Below are positions 1-12,897 of a DNA stretch of 64,000 nucleotides, piece by piece. Made by a program: the position numbers and the translations under genes. Source of the DNA: Bigelowiella natans CCMP2755 (Eukaryota; Protista; Cercozoa). Below the pieces are notes generated by a model. The model was not told where the DNA came from, searched no databases, and saw only the letters and a list, made by a program, of their open reading frames with translations. The stretch lies in contig ADNK01003099.1 of NCBI GenBank assembly GCA_000320545.1, positions 1 through 64,000 on the forward strand. Reading direction: 5' to 3'. The first letter of the stretch is position 1. Each line of letters starts with the position of its first letter.

Positions 1-36
<36 letters not shown>

Positions 37-654
37 GTTAGGTAAAGGTTAAACGTACGTACCACTCCCCCCTCCCCTCCCTCCCCGCCCTCTCTTCTTC
101 TTCATACGAACAACATGGTTTGCTGCTACTATTACCTCTACTGCTACTACTGCTACTTATTACAATCAAAGGGCACAAACGAAGGGTTAAACTCAGTTGA
201 CCCGAGGGAAGTATCAGCATCAATAGCAGAGGTAGGTAGTAGATCGTCGATTTCAGATTGTGGCAAATGTTAAGCTGATGTGTGTCATAACCATCGCTAT
301 CATCATCATCATAATCATCACAATCATCATCATTCTTAATACCGATGCCCTGCACGGCCCTTTGCTCTTCATCATCCTCCTTCACCTCCTTCCTCAATGC
401 TGCATACTAGAATATCCGACGCACATTAAATTTGAAACAGATATGTAGAGAGCGAGGGAAAAAACCGTGGCAGCGTGCATACAAATGCTGGAATCATGCA
501 GAGAAGATCGAGGCTCTCTCCTCCTCTTCTTCTTTGTCTTCACCATACATTCCGCCTTCGTTTCTTGTGAATGCAAAGCTGAGGGGAGGATATCGTGAGT
601 GTGGCGTGGATGGTAGTACAAGTAGCAGAAGTAGCAGTAGTGGAAGTAGTAGTT

Positions 655-688
<34 letters not shown>

Positions 689-1355
689 CGTTATTACAAC
701 AACTTCAATTTCTTCGATTCAGTCAAGCTTCCAAGCTCATCCTCCTTCAAGAGTTCTTAACTCGACTCTTTCCTACCCCCCTCTTTAATAGTGGTAGAGG
801 AGAGGAAGAAATAAGGAAGCATAGTACCAAGAATGTGTGCTGTGCTATATTACGTGAGGGGGTGGGGAGAGCAGGCTGTCACGTACGTCGTAGCCATGAA
901 ATGAACCCTTCCTTTAGGTAGAATAACTGCAGCAAGAGTGTCAAATGTGCTTAAGGAGATGCTAGGTACTTGTACCACTACTACTACTACCACTACTACT
1001 ACTACTACTGGCAGTCGCAGCAGCAGCACCAACACAAATACATGATAGGAAGAGTAGTAATAATACCGGGCAAGAATCGTCGCATCGTATGTATGTGTGT
1101 TGTGTGTGTGGAGAGGGGGGGGGAGGGGGGGACTGCCGTAGATGGTCATCATCACCATTATCGATATTTGTCAATATCTATCGAAGCATGGAAATATAAT
1201 AATTTATTGATATTTGTTAATATCTATTCAAGCATGGAAACCAGAAGCATCACTGCGGTATATGAACGGTGGGAGAATCGAGGATTTTCAAGGTGTTGTA
1301 TTGTATTGTATGTAGTAGTCGTATACTTTTGCACGATTTCATCATTTAAGCATAT

Positions 1356-1393
<38 letters not shown>

Positions 1394-1649
1394 CCTCTCT
1401 ATCTCTTGCTTTCTGTGTTATTATCATGTGTGTGTTTGCTGATAATACCACAACTGTGTGCGAGTCTTGGGCCGCAAGCAGGCGTGAATAAAAAAGCATC
1501 ATATTCTACGTTCTACCGCAGGCGTTGAGATCTATCTCCATGCAAATGACCACGAGATTGTGGTTGGCCTGCCTCTTTTCAGGTGGAGATGTCCTCCTCC
1601 TCTTCTTCTTCTTCTTCTTCTTCTTCTCCTCCTCTTGTCACATTATGTT

Positions 1650-1683
<34 letters not shown>

Positions 1684-1843
1684 TGGTAGTGGTAGTGCTG
1701 CTGCATTATTCTCATGATGATGGATGATTGTTGTTGTTGTTGTTGTTGTTGTTGATGTTGCTGTATGGCCATCATTAGGAGCGTGGGTGGACTACTAAAT
1801 TGCGGTACCGTTCATGAGTAAATTAAAGAGATACTTGCGGCTG

Positions 1844-1887
<44 letters not shown>

Positions 1888-1901
1888 TCTCTTTGTGCGT
1901 G

Positions 1902-1945
<44 letters not shown>

Positions 1946-2015
1946 TGTGTAGACATTACAAGACAAGAAAGCGTTGAAGACAATACGGCCTTAATTGTGT
2001 TGATCTTGTGTGTGC

Positions 2016-2047
<32 letters not shown>

Positions 2048-2323
2048 TGTGTTTTCGAGTGTATTTATTCTCCCATTGATTGATTGATTAATTGATTAGG
2101 AGGGAGAACACTGGCATTTCCCGGTCTCCGACCTACCACAGCTTGGTTATTATCATCATCATTATCATCATCATCATCATCATCAGAAGAAGAAGAAGAA
2201 GAAGAAGAAGAAGAAGAAGAAAAAGAAGAAGAGAAACAAGGGGGGGTCAGGGGAAAAGGCGTTAATGAACTGCACATACATTAGAAGCACCGGTTCATCG
2301 CCTCAAGAGAAGATTGTAGCAGC

Positions 2324-2355
<32 letters not shown>

Positions 2356-2497
2356 AAGTAGTAGAAGTAGTAGAAGTAGTAGTGGTAATAGTAATGAAGA
2401 GACCTTCTCTTTGCGTGAAAGAAGGAAGGAACCAACTCTTTTACTTTTAGATCTTAACCACTTATTTCTTGCATCTCATCGTATTTCCACATATAGA

Positions 2498-2529
<32 letters not shown>

Positions 2530-2634
2530 CGTGTGTGATATGGTGTCTGCGAGTAGGCTGATGGCTAAATTGGCCAACATTGAGGATGGGGACTTGGTTG
2601 TTGATGCGGTAGCAAAAACACGACGACGAAGATC

Positions 2635-2683
<49 letters not shown>

Positions 2684-2872
2684 TAAATATATATATACCC
2701 TTGGACAAATAACTCGTTTGTCGTTCAACATGCACACGAAAACATGCACTTGCACACCAATCACACATCGAGCTCTGCATATGATGATATCGTTGGACGA
2801 ATGGCAGACAATGGGGGTGGGGGCCATTTTGATCGAAGCAGCCCGGAGTTTCAAACATGCGACATACATCGG

Positions 2873-2907
<35 letters not shown>

Positions 2908-2963
2908 CATTATTTCATGATGAAGGGTGCTTTTACAGAAGATGAACATAATATGTATATGTA

Positions 2964-3031
<68 letters not shown>

Positions 3032-3092
3032 TGTTAGGAGGTGACTGCGACCTCTAAATGGTATCCAAGGCGAAGATAAACATCGAAGCAGC

Positions 3093-3128
<36 letters not shown>

Positions 3129-3138
3129 TAGTGATAGA

Positions 3139-3177
<39 letters not shown>

Positions 3178-3431
3178 GATGACACGTATGAAAAACACAC
3201 TCAAGGCCTGCAGTCCAAAATCGAAGCTAGGCACTGGGACGTTACGAAAACAGGTGCTGCTACCACTGTCCATGTATGTATGCATGTATGCATGTATGCT
3301 ATATAGTCGTAATGCTTGTTGTTGGCCACAATATTCATCATGTTTCCATTTGTCAAATTCACGATGCTTTCGAAAATGCTCTCCCTGCAAACGTACTCGA
3401 TATTCTCTTCATGCCATTTCTTGCTATTATC

Positions 3432-3474
<43 letters not shown>

Positions 3475-3763
3475 ATACATCTTCTAATTTTTGAAATTCC
3501 TATCAGGGATACGCGGCGTCGAGGAGAACAGCGTGCACCGAGTGCTTGCAGATCTTCCTTTTGGTCTTCAACACGGTGACGGCTATTCCACGATATATCT
3601 GCTATGCATGATGATGACGATGAAGATGATGAAAGCCATGACGATGATGACGGTGATGATGATAATGAGGATTTGAATCGATGTGGTGCAATAGTCACAC
3701 ACACATACACACGTATATGCTCATATGATACGTATTTTATATGTACTAATGTGTAAGTGTTTG

Positions 3764-3817
<54 letters not shown>

Positions 3818-4205
3818 TGTGTGTTTGCGTGTGTGCTTCACAAAAGTGGTGAAATTTGTATCTCGATATGCGGTTTGCCGTTGAATAGTTTGTCATATTC
3901 TTTGTACTCATACGTCATTAGGAAGCCAAGAAACCAATCGTCTTCTCTACCCTGAGGTAATATGTCGCAGTAGTAGTAGTAGTAGTTGCAGCAGTCCTTG
4001 CAGTCTTTGTTTTTTGGTGTTTTCTCCTATTCTCAATCACACTCTCACCTCCTTCTAGTTGCATATCACGACGCACAAAATCAAATATAGCACCATCAAA
4101 CAATGTCATCACTTCATACACCAAATAAAAAAGAAGGCCAGCATGCAAAATATAGAGCCGGGTTTTCCTTTCCCCCCCCTTATTCCACACACAAATGAAT
4201 ATTTA

Positions 4206-4247
<42 letters not shown>

Positions 4248-4721
4248 TATATATAATAATATTATAATCATAAACATTCGAGCTCAAATTGCACAGGTTC
4301 TCAGTGAAACTGAAAGAATTATGAAGCTTTCAGGTAGTAGTGGTAGTGGTAGTAGTAGTAGTAGTTGTTGAAGTAGAAGCAATAGTGGTGGTGGTAGTAG
4401 TACATAGCAGACGAGACTATCTTTGATAAATGGGCAGAAACAAATGAAAAATGCAGTAGGAAGCGCAGCACCTTGTGACTGCCTATATTGCTCTTATGAG
4501 CGTGTGTGCGTGTGTGTGTTTGCGTGTGTGTGCGTGTAAAATACGTATGCTGTGTTGATCACACAACCCATTGTTGTTCTTCATCATGCCCATAAATCAC
4601 ACACAACGTCACAGGCCTAGCAGTGTTCTTGACTTCAGATACAACGCTACTCAAGGAAACTTTGATGGTATTACTTGTAGTAGGAGTAGTTGTAGTAGTA
4701 GTAATAGCATCATCATCATTA

Positions 4722-4758
<37 letters not shown>

Positions 4759-5200
4759 TATGTATAATATTTATATGTATAGTATACATGTGCTATGTTT
4801 CGTCAGATGCGCAAGGATAATGATGGAAATGCGGTCTGGGAAATCAAAAAAAGGGTATGTTGCTGCTAGTTTTTCGATGAATATTTACATTTATTCTAGG
4901 TCCTCTCACACACAATAGAAATGTTTATATATATATATATATACATACATACATACATATATACATATGTGTATAGGTTTTAGTGTTGGGATTAGATTTA
5001 TACGTCATGTTTTTGTGTGATGTGCATTATTTGTGTGTTTGCCGTTAGATACCGTTACAAATGGGGGAGATTCATGCAGAGGTACATTGCGTATTTAGCT
5101 ACATGTAAGAGTTGTTGGCAACAACTATTGATGATGATGATGATGATGATGTTGATGATGACGACGATGGCCATAGTAATAGGATGATGTCTTGACTTCT
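1..5200. repeat. Dense intronic compound microsatellites ((GA)n, (TG)n, (TA)n, (TAG)n, (CAT)n, (GAA)n); similar arrays recur in the TPP1, pseudokinase, TM-LRR and PPR introns
   Basis: Directly visible, e.g. (GA)16 at 1-32, (TAG)n 640-690, (TA)n-(TG)n 2967-3028. Confidence 0.95.
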
Positions 5201-5860
5201 AATATAGATTTCACCTAACCATCCGCTCTCCCCTGCGCCTTGTGATCACACCCATCGAGTGTATCTATCGTGTCTATAATTCATGATGTGTTTGGTACGT
5301 TTTCTGTTCTGCGCCAATGATATGCTTGCCGGCAGATATTTGTCGTAGCGAAGTTGAGAAACGACGAGAAAGGTAGCGAGAGGATAGTAGTGCGAGTGAG
5401 AAGGCAGATTAAATACGGTCATGCTGCGGTGAATAGCGACGTGACGTGTCGGAGTCATCGTTTTTTCTTGTCTGAGAATCAATGCATTTCCTTCACGATT
5501 GTCAGGATGGATGATACGTCGAATGGCGAGGAAAAAAGCAGCGGAGGATCTGCGGGAAGCGCAGCGAAAACAAGCGCAAATCGAGGCGAAACGGTGCCTC
5601 TCTGTAGTGGTAATTCTTCGTGCATTTCAGTTCCATTTTCATTCTTAATTTAATGCTAGCTAGCTATTGATGCTGTGAGAGTACACTTTTCATATAAATT
5701 TTGTTTATGTGCTTCTTCATATGTTCCTGTGTGTACACGAACAGCGACAGCACAACATGGTTCCACGCTCTTTGTTAATGTCAAGGAGAAAGAAAACATT
5801 GCCCTCTGCTATAAAGAAGAGAGCTGCGCGAGGATGAAGGGTGTCGTGCTGATGTATTAG
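243..5860 (+). CDS. THUMP-domain SAM-dependent RNA (m2G) methyltransferase, THUMPD2/THUMPD3 family; multi-exon, 5' end probably outside the window; in-frame TAA at 3055-3057
   Basis: Manually spliced GT-AG exons give ...FPGLRPTTAW|LMAKLANIEDGDLVVDA|TMGVGAILIEAARSFKHATYI|GGDCDL*MVSKAKINIEAA|GLQSKIEARHWDVTKT|GIRGVEENSVHRVLADLPFGLQH|GSQETNRLLYPE|VLSETERIMKLS|GLAVFLTSD... This matches the family motifs LRxxxAxxM, DPxxGxGxILIEAA and DLPFG. Both ends are approximate. Confidence 0.85.
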
Positions 5861-7198
5861 TAGCATGAACAAGAGGAGGCAAAATAGAAATGCATGTCTA
5901 GGTTTGTGTACGGAATAACAAAGCAAACACAATAAGTTCATCCTGCGTGTCACAACTGGCTAGGTGGGAAGTCTAGCCAATCTAGCAATAGACTAGAATC
6001 GAAGTGGATTGCATGCATGAACATATAGTAACACGCATATTGTTTCTTCGTGCAGATTACTAGATTATGCAGTTGATCGTGAAGCGGCCGAATCACCTAT
6101 AGCTAGATAGTGCAGAGTAGCGCGTCGTGCGGCTGACATGGATGAGCATGTTGGCATGCACTGCGCAGGCAGCACATGCTACACACAGACTAGCAGGCGC
6201 TCTGTTGTTGCATGATCCAATTTTGATGATCTAGTGATGATCGATCGGGGCAGAGCTATATATAGAGGCAAAAGATCGGATAAATGACAACCAATATGCA
6301 ACACTAGAGCACTGCTAGACTGCGAGATGGACTTCACATGCTGCTGCATGCATTTGTTGGCTGTTTGTTGCCATCTAGCCATCAATCATGACTGCGCATT
6401 GATTCTGGCATTGCATCCTGGCATCATGTCTAGCTAGCTAGCTAGCTAGCTAGCTGCCATTCTAAGGATTTTTAGATTTCTGACATGACAAGCTATAAAG
6501 CTCTAGAGCTAGCATGCAAGCGTTGATCGATGCAACGCCATGCTAGCCGCATAATCCGCCATGCTATCATGGCTAGATGGTTTATATATAGTGGCAGCAT
6601 CTCTGGTAGCTAGTGCGATTAGCTCTAGAGAGCTAGCTAGCTAGTTAGCAATGGCAAAAGGCGCGGCGATCGATCGTCGTTCGACCTTCATCACATACAT
6701 CTAGACATAGCTACGCATGCTAGCATGGCGTTAGATTGCACAGACTTGCTAGCAACTTACCTAGTTACGCAAATACTCATGTAATCAGACCATACGCCGC
6801 AAGCTAGTTAACTAGACAAATCATGACAATAAACTCTAGAGCTACAACAGAGTTTCACAGCATCACATCGCAGAACACTGTCGATACATTTGTCCCACAT
6901 TAGCACATAACCAAAAAGGCATCATGCTGATACTAATTTGATCCCAAATGATGCTGCAATGTTATTTGTGAACATAACGGTGAAACTCGTTGAGCTAATT
7001 CACTTGCTGCATATTCCTATCTGCACGGGCAATCCATGGAAGATTGAGGGACACCATGCATGCACATGACAGAGATGCAATTGTGGTAAAAATACACCAA
7101 ATAGCAAGGAAATGCAAAAAATGAGTAGCTCCGCAGTAGACGGAAATACACCATGATGCACATAACAAAAACACATAAGTAAAAAATTTAAATGAGAT

Positions 7199-7237
<39 letters not shown>

Positions 7238-7314
7238 ATATTATGCATCGACGGATATCCAAGAGCAACTTCCTATCCCTCTCCTAGAAGCGAAAGAGTA
7301 TCATATCCCTTGAA

Positions 7315-8926
7315 TTATTTCAGCTTGAGCACAGCTGCCTTGAGCTTTTCAAAGTTTGGAGTGCCTACCCCAGTAACAGGATCCCATCCCTTCGCTGCTG
7401 GAAATCCTCCCTATGAAGTAGTAGTTGTAGCAGTGATAGGGGATGAGAGGAGACACAGAGAGAGACGGAGACAGACAGACAGACAGACAGAGAGAGAGAG
7501 AGAGACACAGAGAGAGAGAGATAAGAGGGGGGGGGAAAGGGGGGGGGGGGGAAGAAATTAAGCATTTCCTCCCACACCCAGAGTTTCTGCCTTCAGTGAT
7601 GTCATTGAAGGAATCAGCGTTTTGGTAGATAAACGGGTTGAGGAAGCCGAGAGAGGTCTTTCCCTGCGACAGCCTCACATCATTCAGTAGAGCAATCACT
7701 CCTGAGGCGGTGGGAGACGCACAGCTTGTCCCTGCCACCTACCAACGGCATCGATAATGATAATAAGAAGAAGAAAAAAGAAGAATAAGAGATTGAGGTT
7801 TCCAATGTGGTACGTGATCTCTCCACTGGCAACTATCGGTGTTCCATGGAATATTTTTTTGTTTAATTTGCTTTTCTCTTTTCTAAAATCTTAATTTCTC
7901 CAGTAAGCTCTTTATTTCTTGAATCATTGATTTTAAGAAGTATTCACGAGCATAAACGTACACACACACACACACATACTCTCCCCCTTCCCCCCCCCCC
8001 CCCTCTCTCTCTCATCACATACCCCTGGAGTAGGGATAAGGGTGGCAACGACCAGGAAGTTTGTAGCTTGGGCACTGATGTCAGGGAACCTGACGATCAA
8101 GGACGAAGATGATTATGGAAAAGGATCGCAACCTTCTCACAAAGCGATTTGAGCTGCTGCTGCTGCTGCTATCTATTAGCAGAACCGAAACACACTTGTG
8201 CTGTAGATACATCAACCCTTACAAAAAGAAGTCGATGGAAAAGCTCACCCTCGCCCGCTCTCACTACTGCAGTTTTCATCGTGCTTGTTTGCTATGATAA
8301 GCGCGATTCTTCCTTACCCGCGGCCAGTTTTATTGAAGTACTTCTGATCTGGAAGATCTTGTGCCGAGGAGAGGTAGGTAGATACAGCATCCTTCTGCCA
8401 AGGCTGCACCGGCCACCTGTAAGTAGTTCATGAAGAGGAGGAGGAAGAAAAGGAAATCAGGAGCGTGCTTTCAACGGGAATCCTCTATATTACGACACAC
8501 TCACACACACACACACACACACGCGCGCGCGCACACAAGAATCTGCATATGGTACATATGGCATGATGCACATGTTATGTTTTCCCATCATATCACCAAC
8601 GATCCTTTTGAAAAAAGGAGTACATCAGTCATCAGCAGAAAGGGTGGGGGGAGGGGGGGGAGGGCAAAAACGCAACCGATTGCAGAAACCGCCACTTGCA
8701 AGCCCAACAGCTTTCTCTGGAACCCCTGTAGTACCTCCAACGCCAGTCACGTACGGAGATCCAGCTGGCCAACTATATTGATGATGATGATGATGATGAT
8801 GACGATGACAATGATGATGATGAGGATAATGATGATGATGATGATGATGATGATGATGGGCAAGAGAGGCATATTCATGTATGATGACGAATGATCGTTT
8901 TCCATGACGATTGTATCTTTGTTACA

Positions 8927-8978
<52 letters not shown>

Positions 8979-9008
8979 TGTGTAGAAATGGACTCAAGCA
9001 TTAATGAA

Positions 9009-9058
<50 letters not shown>

Positions 9059-9882
9059 ATAATTTAATTTTGTCAAAACTGGATGTAACTAGAAGGAGAT
9101 GACGATGATCATGTCCATTTAGCGACAGGCCTTACTTCGGCACGAATTTATCATCAGAACACCCTGCTCCAGAGTCTCCACTGGCGAAGAGGAGGGAGAT
9201 GCCCCGCACACCAGCCTTTTGGAATTCGATGTTGGTGCGAGCAGCAGTTTCCATCGTTGTCGTAGTCTCTCCCTGCCAAAGCAGACAATCGTTACAAAGA
9301 GAGCAAGAGCAACGTTTGAGTGTTTTGAGTGCGAGTGCGTGCTCGCTGGGGGAAGTGTGGATGCACAGAAGGAACATGTGCTTATTACGTCACCTCGCCG
9401 TAGGAAGTCGAGAAGATGAGGGGAACCTATCAATCATGGAATTGTTACTTGCTTTCTTCAATTGCCACTTCGTATATTATTGAGTGCGAGTCTGCTCTTT
9501 AAGTCTCATCCACCATCCAGCTATTAGTAGTGCTGGCAGTGATAGCGATCATATATGTGCTAGTTGCAGTAATCATAGATGTCGGGCCTACAGCATAGCA
9601 GCCCAAAGGATATGTTCCATGACATTTACGTAAGACGCAAACCACCTCTTCGTCCGAAGTATTTGAGACGACTTGCAGCCATTTGAGGAAAGGCTCGTTT
9701 TCCTTGTTGTCTGGAGATCTTCCGGAGAAACCCCAGAACTCCGACTCAATGCCAGCTCCCAAAGCGTTGATGTATTCAATATCAAGCTCAGCCTCAACCC
9801 CAGCCTTGAGTCCGGTAACACCGTCGCCGACCTAAGAGTGAGTTGTTAAAGCCCATCGGTATCATCGCTCATATCCAACACT

Positions 9883-9923
<41 letters not shown>

Positions 9924-11536
9924 GTTAAGTGCGGACGAAGTGACGCTCCTATAGAAACGTTTGTGGGCGTGCGTCTGTTTTACGAGTATCATTGTTACGA
10001 GTATCTACCCCCCCCCCCCACCCCCCACCACACACACACCTGCTTCACTTGCGGGGATTTTGCCTTGACAGACCCCATGGACAAGGTCCAGAACTCCTTC
10101 AAATCTGCCGGGTGGAAGTGCTGCTCCAAGAAGCTGTAAGTTAATCGAGATCATGATGTTAGGATTTAAATATCTAACGACTATATTAGACTTTCTTGCT
10201 ACTGGCGCGAGAGTAACACTCGACGAAACATCAGCACACACCTGAGCACCGTCTAACTCTTTTGTGCTGCGACTGATAACTACAGCAACAACTACTGCTA
10301 CGAATACCACTAATACAATAATTGCAGCAACAACAACAAAAATGACAACGAAAAATATCTTTCTACTGCTGTATAGATAACCCCGTGACAGCGTGACGAT
10401 TTCCCTTTGCCTCACCACCGACAAAATCTCCAACCGAGTAAAGAGATCGAAGCTTCTTTGCTCCGTCGCCAAGTTGCTCGCCGTTGCGCGATGTTCCGGT
10501 GAAAATCTTGGGACGATTAACAGGCGGGAATGAAGTAGTCGGCGCCACGAAATCTACGACTTTTGCTACTTCGGGAGGAAGAGAATAGGACTCTGTCCTT
10601 GTTGCAACCTGTGATCAGAAGGAAATAAAGACATATCTCAATCTATCATTGTCCACTACATCCCTCTCGCTACGACTACAGAGACTTCTCAATCACTCAC
10701 GTGAGTTGTGTCCGAGTGCTCATGCGTATAGTAGCGAGCAGCTAGGAGTTTTTCTGCCTGTTCCACAGACGCAGTAACAGAGATCATGTCCCCATTGGGA
10801 GTTGCATTCACGCCCGTCAGATTGTGAGCGGCAAGGAATCCGTGGAGAGTCTTCAGAGAGTCCGCCTCTGGAGCGATGAGTTCATGCACGCGCTCGTTAC
10901 TTAGGTGCATGCTGAAGAGTAGGGGGGGGGGGGGGGAAGGGCAGTGTGAGGAATAAACTTTTAGAAGCACTTCGAAAAAGAAGAATATCCTCTTCCCAAT
11001 CTGTGTGCAGCAATATTTAATATCAAGCTGTGCACACTACCCGTAACTCTCGCTTCGAGGGTCCGAGACAGCGTGGAAAATGTCCTCCAACATGTCCTAC
11101 AGGGATGTAATCAATTTTTTTTTTTAATATTTTAATATTTTCAATGATAGATATCAAGAAAATCATTCACAACATAGATCTACTCAATAACTAAAAGTAA
11201 TGGAAATACTATGACAAAATTAATGAAGCAATACAATCTATGTTCAAATTAAGTCGTTATGTGTATTTTATACATTAACGAAAAGAATATCCATTACCAA
11301 ATTCGTCTGCTTCACCGCAAAGAGGAGTTCGAGCTGTGCGTCCCGTCGTGCCGCTCCGATGCGTTTCCAGGCGCGAGGGACGTAGCTTTGGGGTTCCATT
11401 TCGATCCGAGGTGTACGGATGGCGGCGCTTTCATGGGCGAGTAGGAGGGGGATTGCGAGGTACCACCTAATTTTGAACAAAGGACGAAACATCAAGCGAA
11501 GTGCGTTTGGATGACAACTCAGAGTTTCCTTCGCAT
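7315..11536 (-). CDS. TPP1: Sedolisin (peptidase S53) / tripeptidyl-peptidase 1-like serine protease with pro-kumamolisin activation domain, about 11-12 exons
   Basis: Spliced exons give a signal peptide and a prodomain (LELLFAVKQTNL..VSDPRSESYGMHLS..VDFVAP). They also give the catalytic motifs GVEAELDIEY, STSYGE, LFASGDSG, WPAGSPYVTGVGGT, GRGFPDISAQ, VAGTSCASP, LGFLNPFIY and DITEG..GWDPVTGVGTPNF. Stop TAA at 7315-7317; start either 11536 or 11492. Confidence 0.93.
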
Positions 11537-12039
11537 GAACAATCTCTTGAATCATGCACAGGTTCAAAGTATTCAGCCATTAGATCTAAGACTTGGAGAA
11601 ATCTTGGTACATGATGAAGGGTGGGGTTTCATTGTACATGGTGATGGAAAGATGCGCTCCAGGTGCCCAAGAAGAAGAAACTTCGGCTTAAAATCTAAGA
11701 TATTGTTTAGATAGTTTACAATATCCTGACACAATAGCTAATCTTGAATCGAGCTTGCCTCGATTTTTCCTTTTCGACTATATCGATGGGAAAACCCCAA
11801 AACATCTTACACAAAAAGAACCAATTGAAATTCTTACTGTCTCTTTTCCGCAAGAAGTCGCGACACGAGAAGATAGCTGGAAGATTGTAAGATTGCCACA
11901 CAGTTTCCAAGTACGACTACCACTTTCGAACATAGAAAATAAGAACTACGGCCAAAATTCGTGTGTTTTCCATAAGGATTTACAGGGGATTGGTCTCGTG
12001 CGACAAAGAGATTATCTGAAGTAGTTCGTGCGAGCATCG

Positions 12040-12897
12040 ATGCGAACTCCGACGAACCCATCAAACCCCACCAGCCTCACAGAGCATAAACGCGCCGCCC
12101 ATACGAGCAGCATGAAGAAAAGGAAGCCTAGAAAGGTTTCAGCCTCTCCAGGTGAAAAGAGAAGGAAAAAGAAACAACCTCAAAAGGACGAAACCGATGC
12201 AAAGCGCAGGCCAAAAGCATCGTTGTCGAATGCATCGCTGATTTCGGGTGCAGGCATTTTCAATGCTGGAGGACTTTCTAAGCTCAACGAATTTGCAAAT
12301 AGCAAAGACCACTTGGGAATCGTGCACCGTGGAACGCCTGCAGGCTCCAAAACGTATTTTAGAAAACTGGTGGAACACGTTGACTTCGACGAGGCTCTAG
12401 GCATAGTGTGTAAGAGTCATGCAAAGGATGACCTTCGACGTATTCTCGCGGCTAAAATTCCTAAAAAGCTTCGAGGGCATGACTTCTATGAGACCTGGTT
12501 ATCTGACATGACTGAAGTTTGTAAAACTTTTTGCGATGTACTTAAGTCGAAGGCGGTCTCTTTCTGGGTGGGATCAGACCGCGGTTGCGTTCGATATCAC
12601 GTTGACTGGGTGCCATTCCGAATGCTGGTGACTTACCACGGCAAGGGAACTGAATTACTACCGGATGGTGTTGCTGACCGCGAAGCTTTTCTCGACTCAA
12701 ATAATGATAATCAAGTTGTCGAGGATCCAAATGCAGTAAAGTTTATGCGCCCGTGGGACATTGCTCTGTTCAGGGGAGGGCCAGATGGAGTTGTGCACCG
12801 TACACCGGACTCTGCCTTGGACGCCCCAACCATACTAATGAGACTTGATCGTAAGGAGTTCCTAGACGCTATTTTGGAACAGGAGGATGCTGCATGA
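12040..12897 (+). CDS. DUF1826 family protein (HxD...H, putative metal-dependent oxygenase-like fold), intronless, with Lys/Arg-rich N-terminal extension
   Basis: Single ORF containing RGCVRYHVDWVPFRMLVTYHGKGTELLP, WDIALFRGG and GVVHRTP..ILMRLD, which is the DUF1826 motif pattern. Start could be ATG 12040 or 12112. Confidence 0.8.
   Translation: MRTPTNPSNPTSLTEHKRAAHTSSMKKRKPRKVSASPGEKRRKKKQPQKDETDAKRRPKASLSNASLISGAGIFNAGGLSKLNEFANSKDHLGIVHRGTPAGSKTYFRKLVEHVDFDEALGIVCKSHAKDDLRRILAAKIPKKLRGHDFYETWLSDMTEVCKTFCDVLKSKAVSFWVGSDRGCVRYHVDWVPFRMLVTYHGKGTELLPDGVADREAFLDSNNDNQVVEDPNAVKFMRPWDIALFRGGPDGVVHRTPDSALDAPTILMRLDRKEFLDAILEQEDAA

Noticed and set aside
3055-3057. TAA-to-Gln genetic code reassignment
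   Set aside because: Single instance only. TAA ends other genes and long exons lack in-frame TAA/TAG.
38-4918. Many short ORFs with poly-V/S/Y-I/C-V tracts
   Set aside because: They are translations of intronic microsatellites, not genes.
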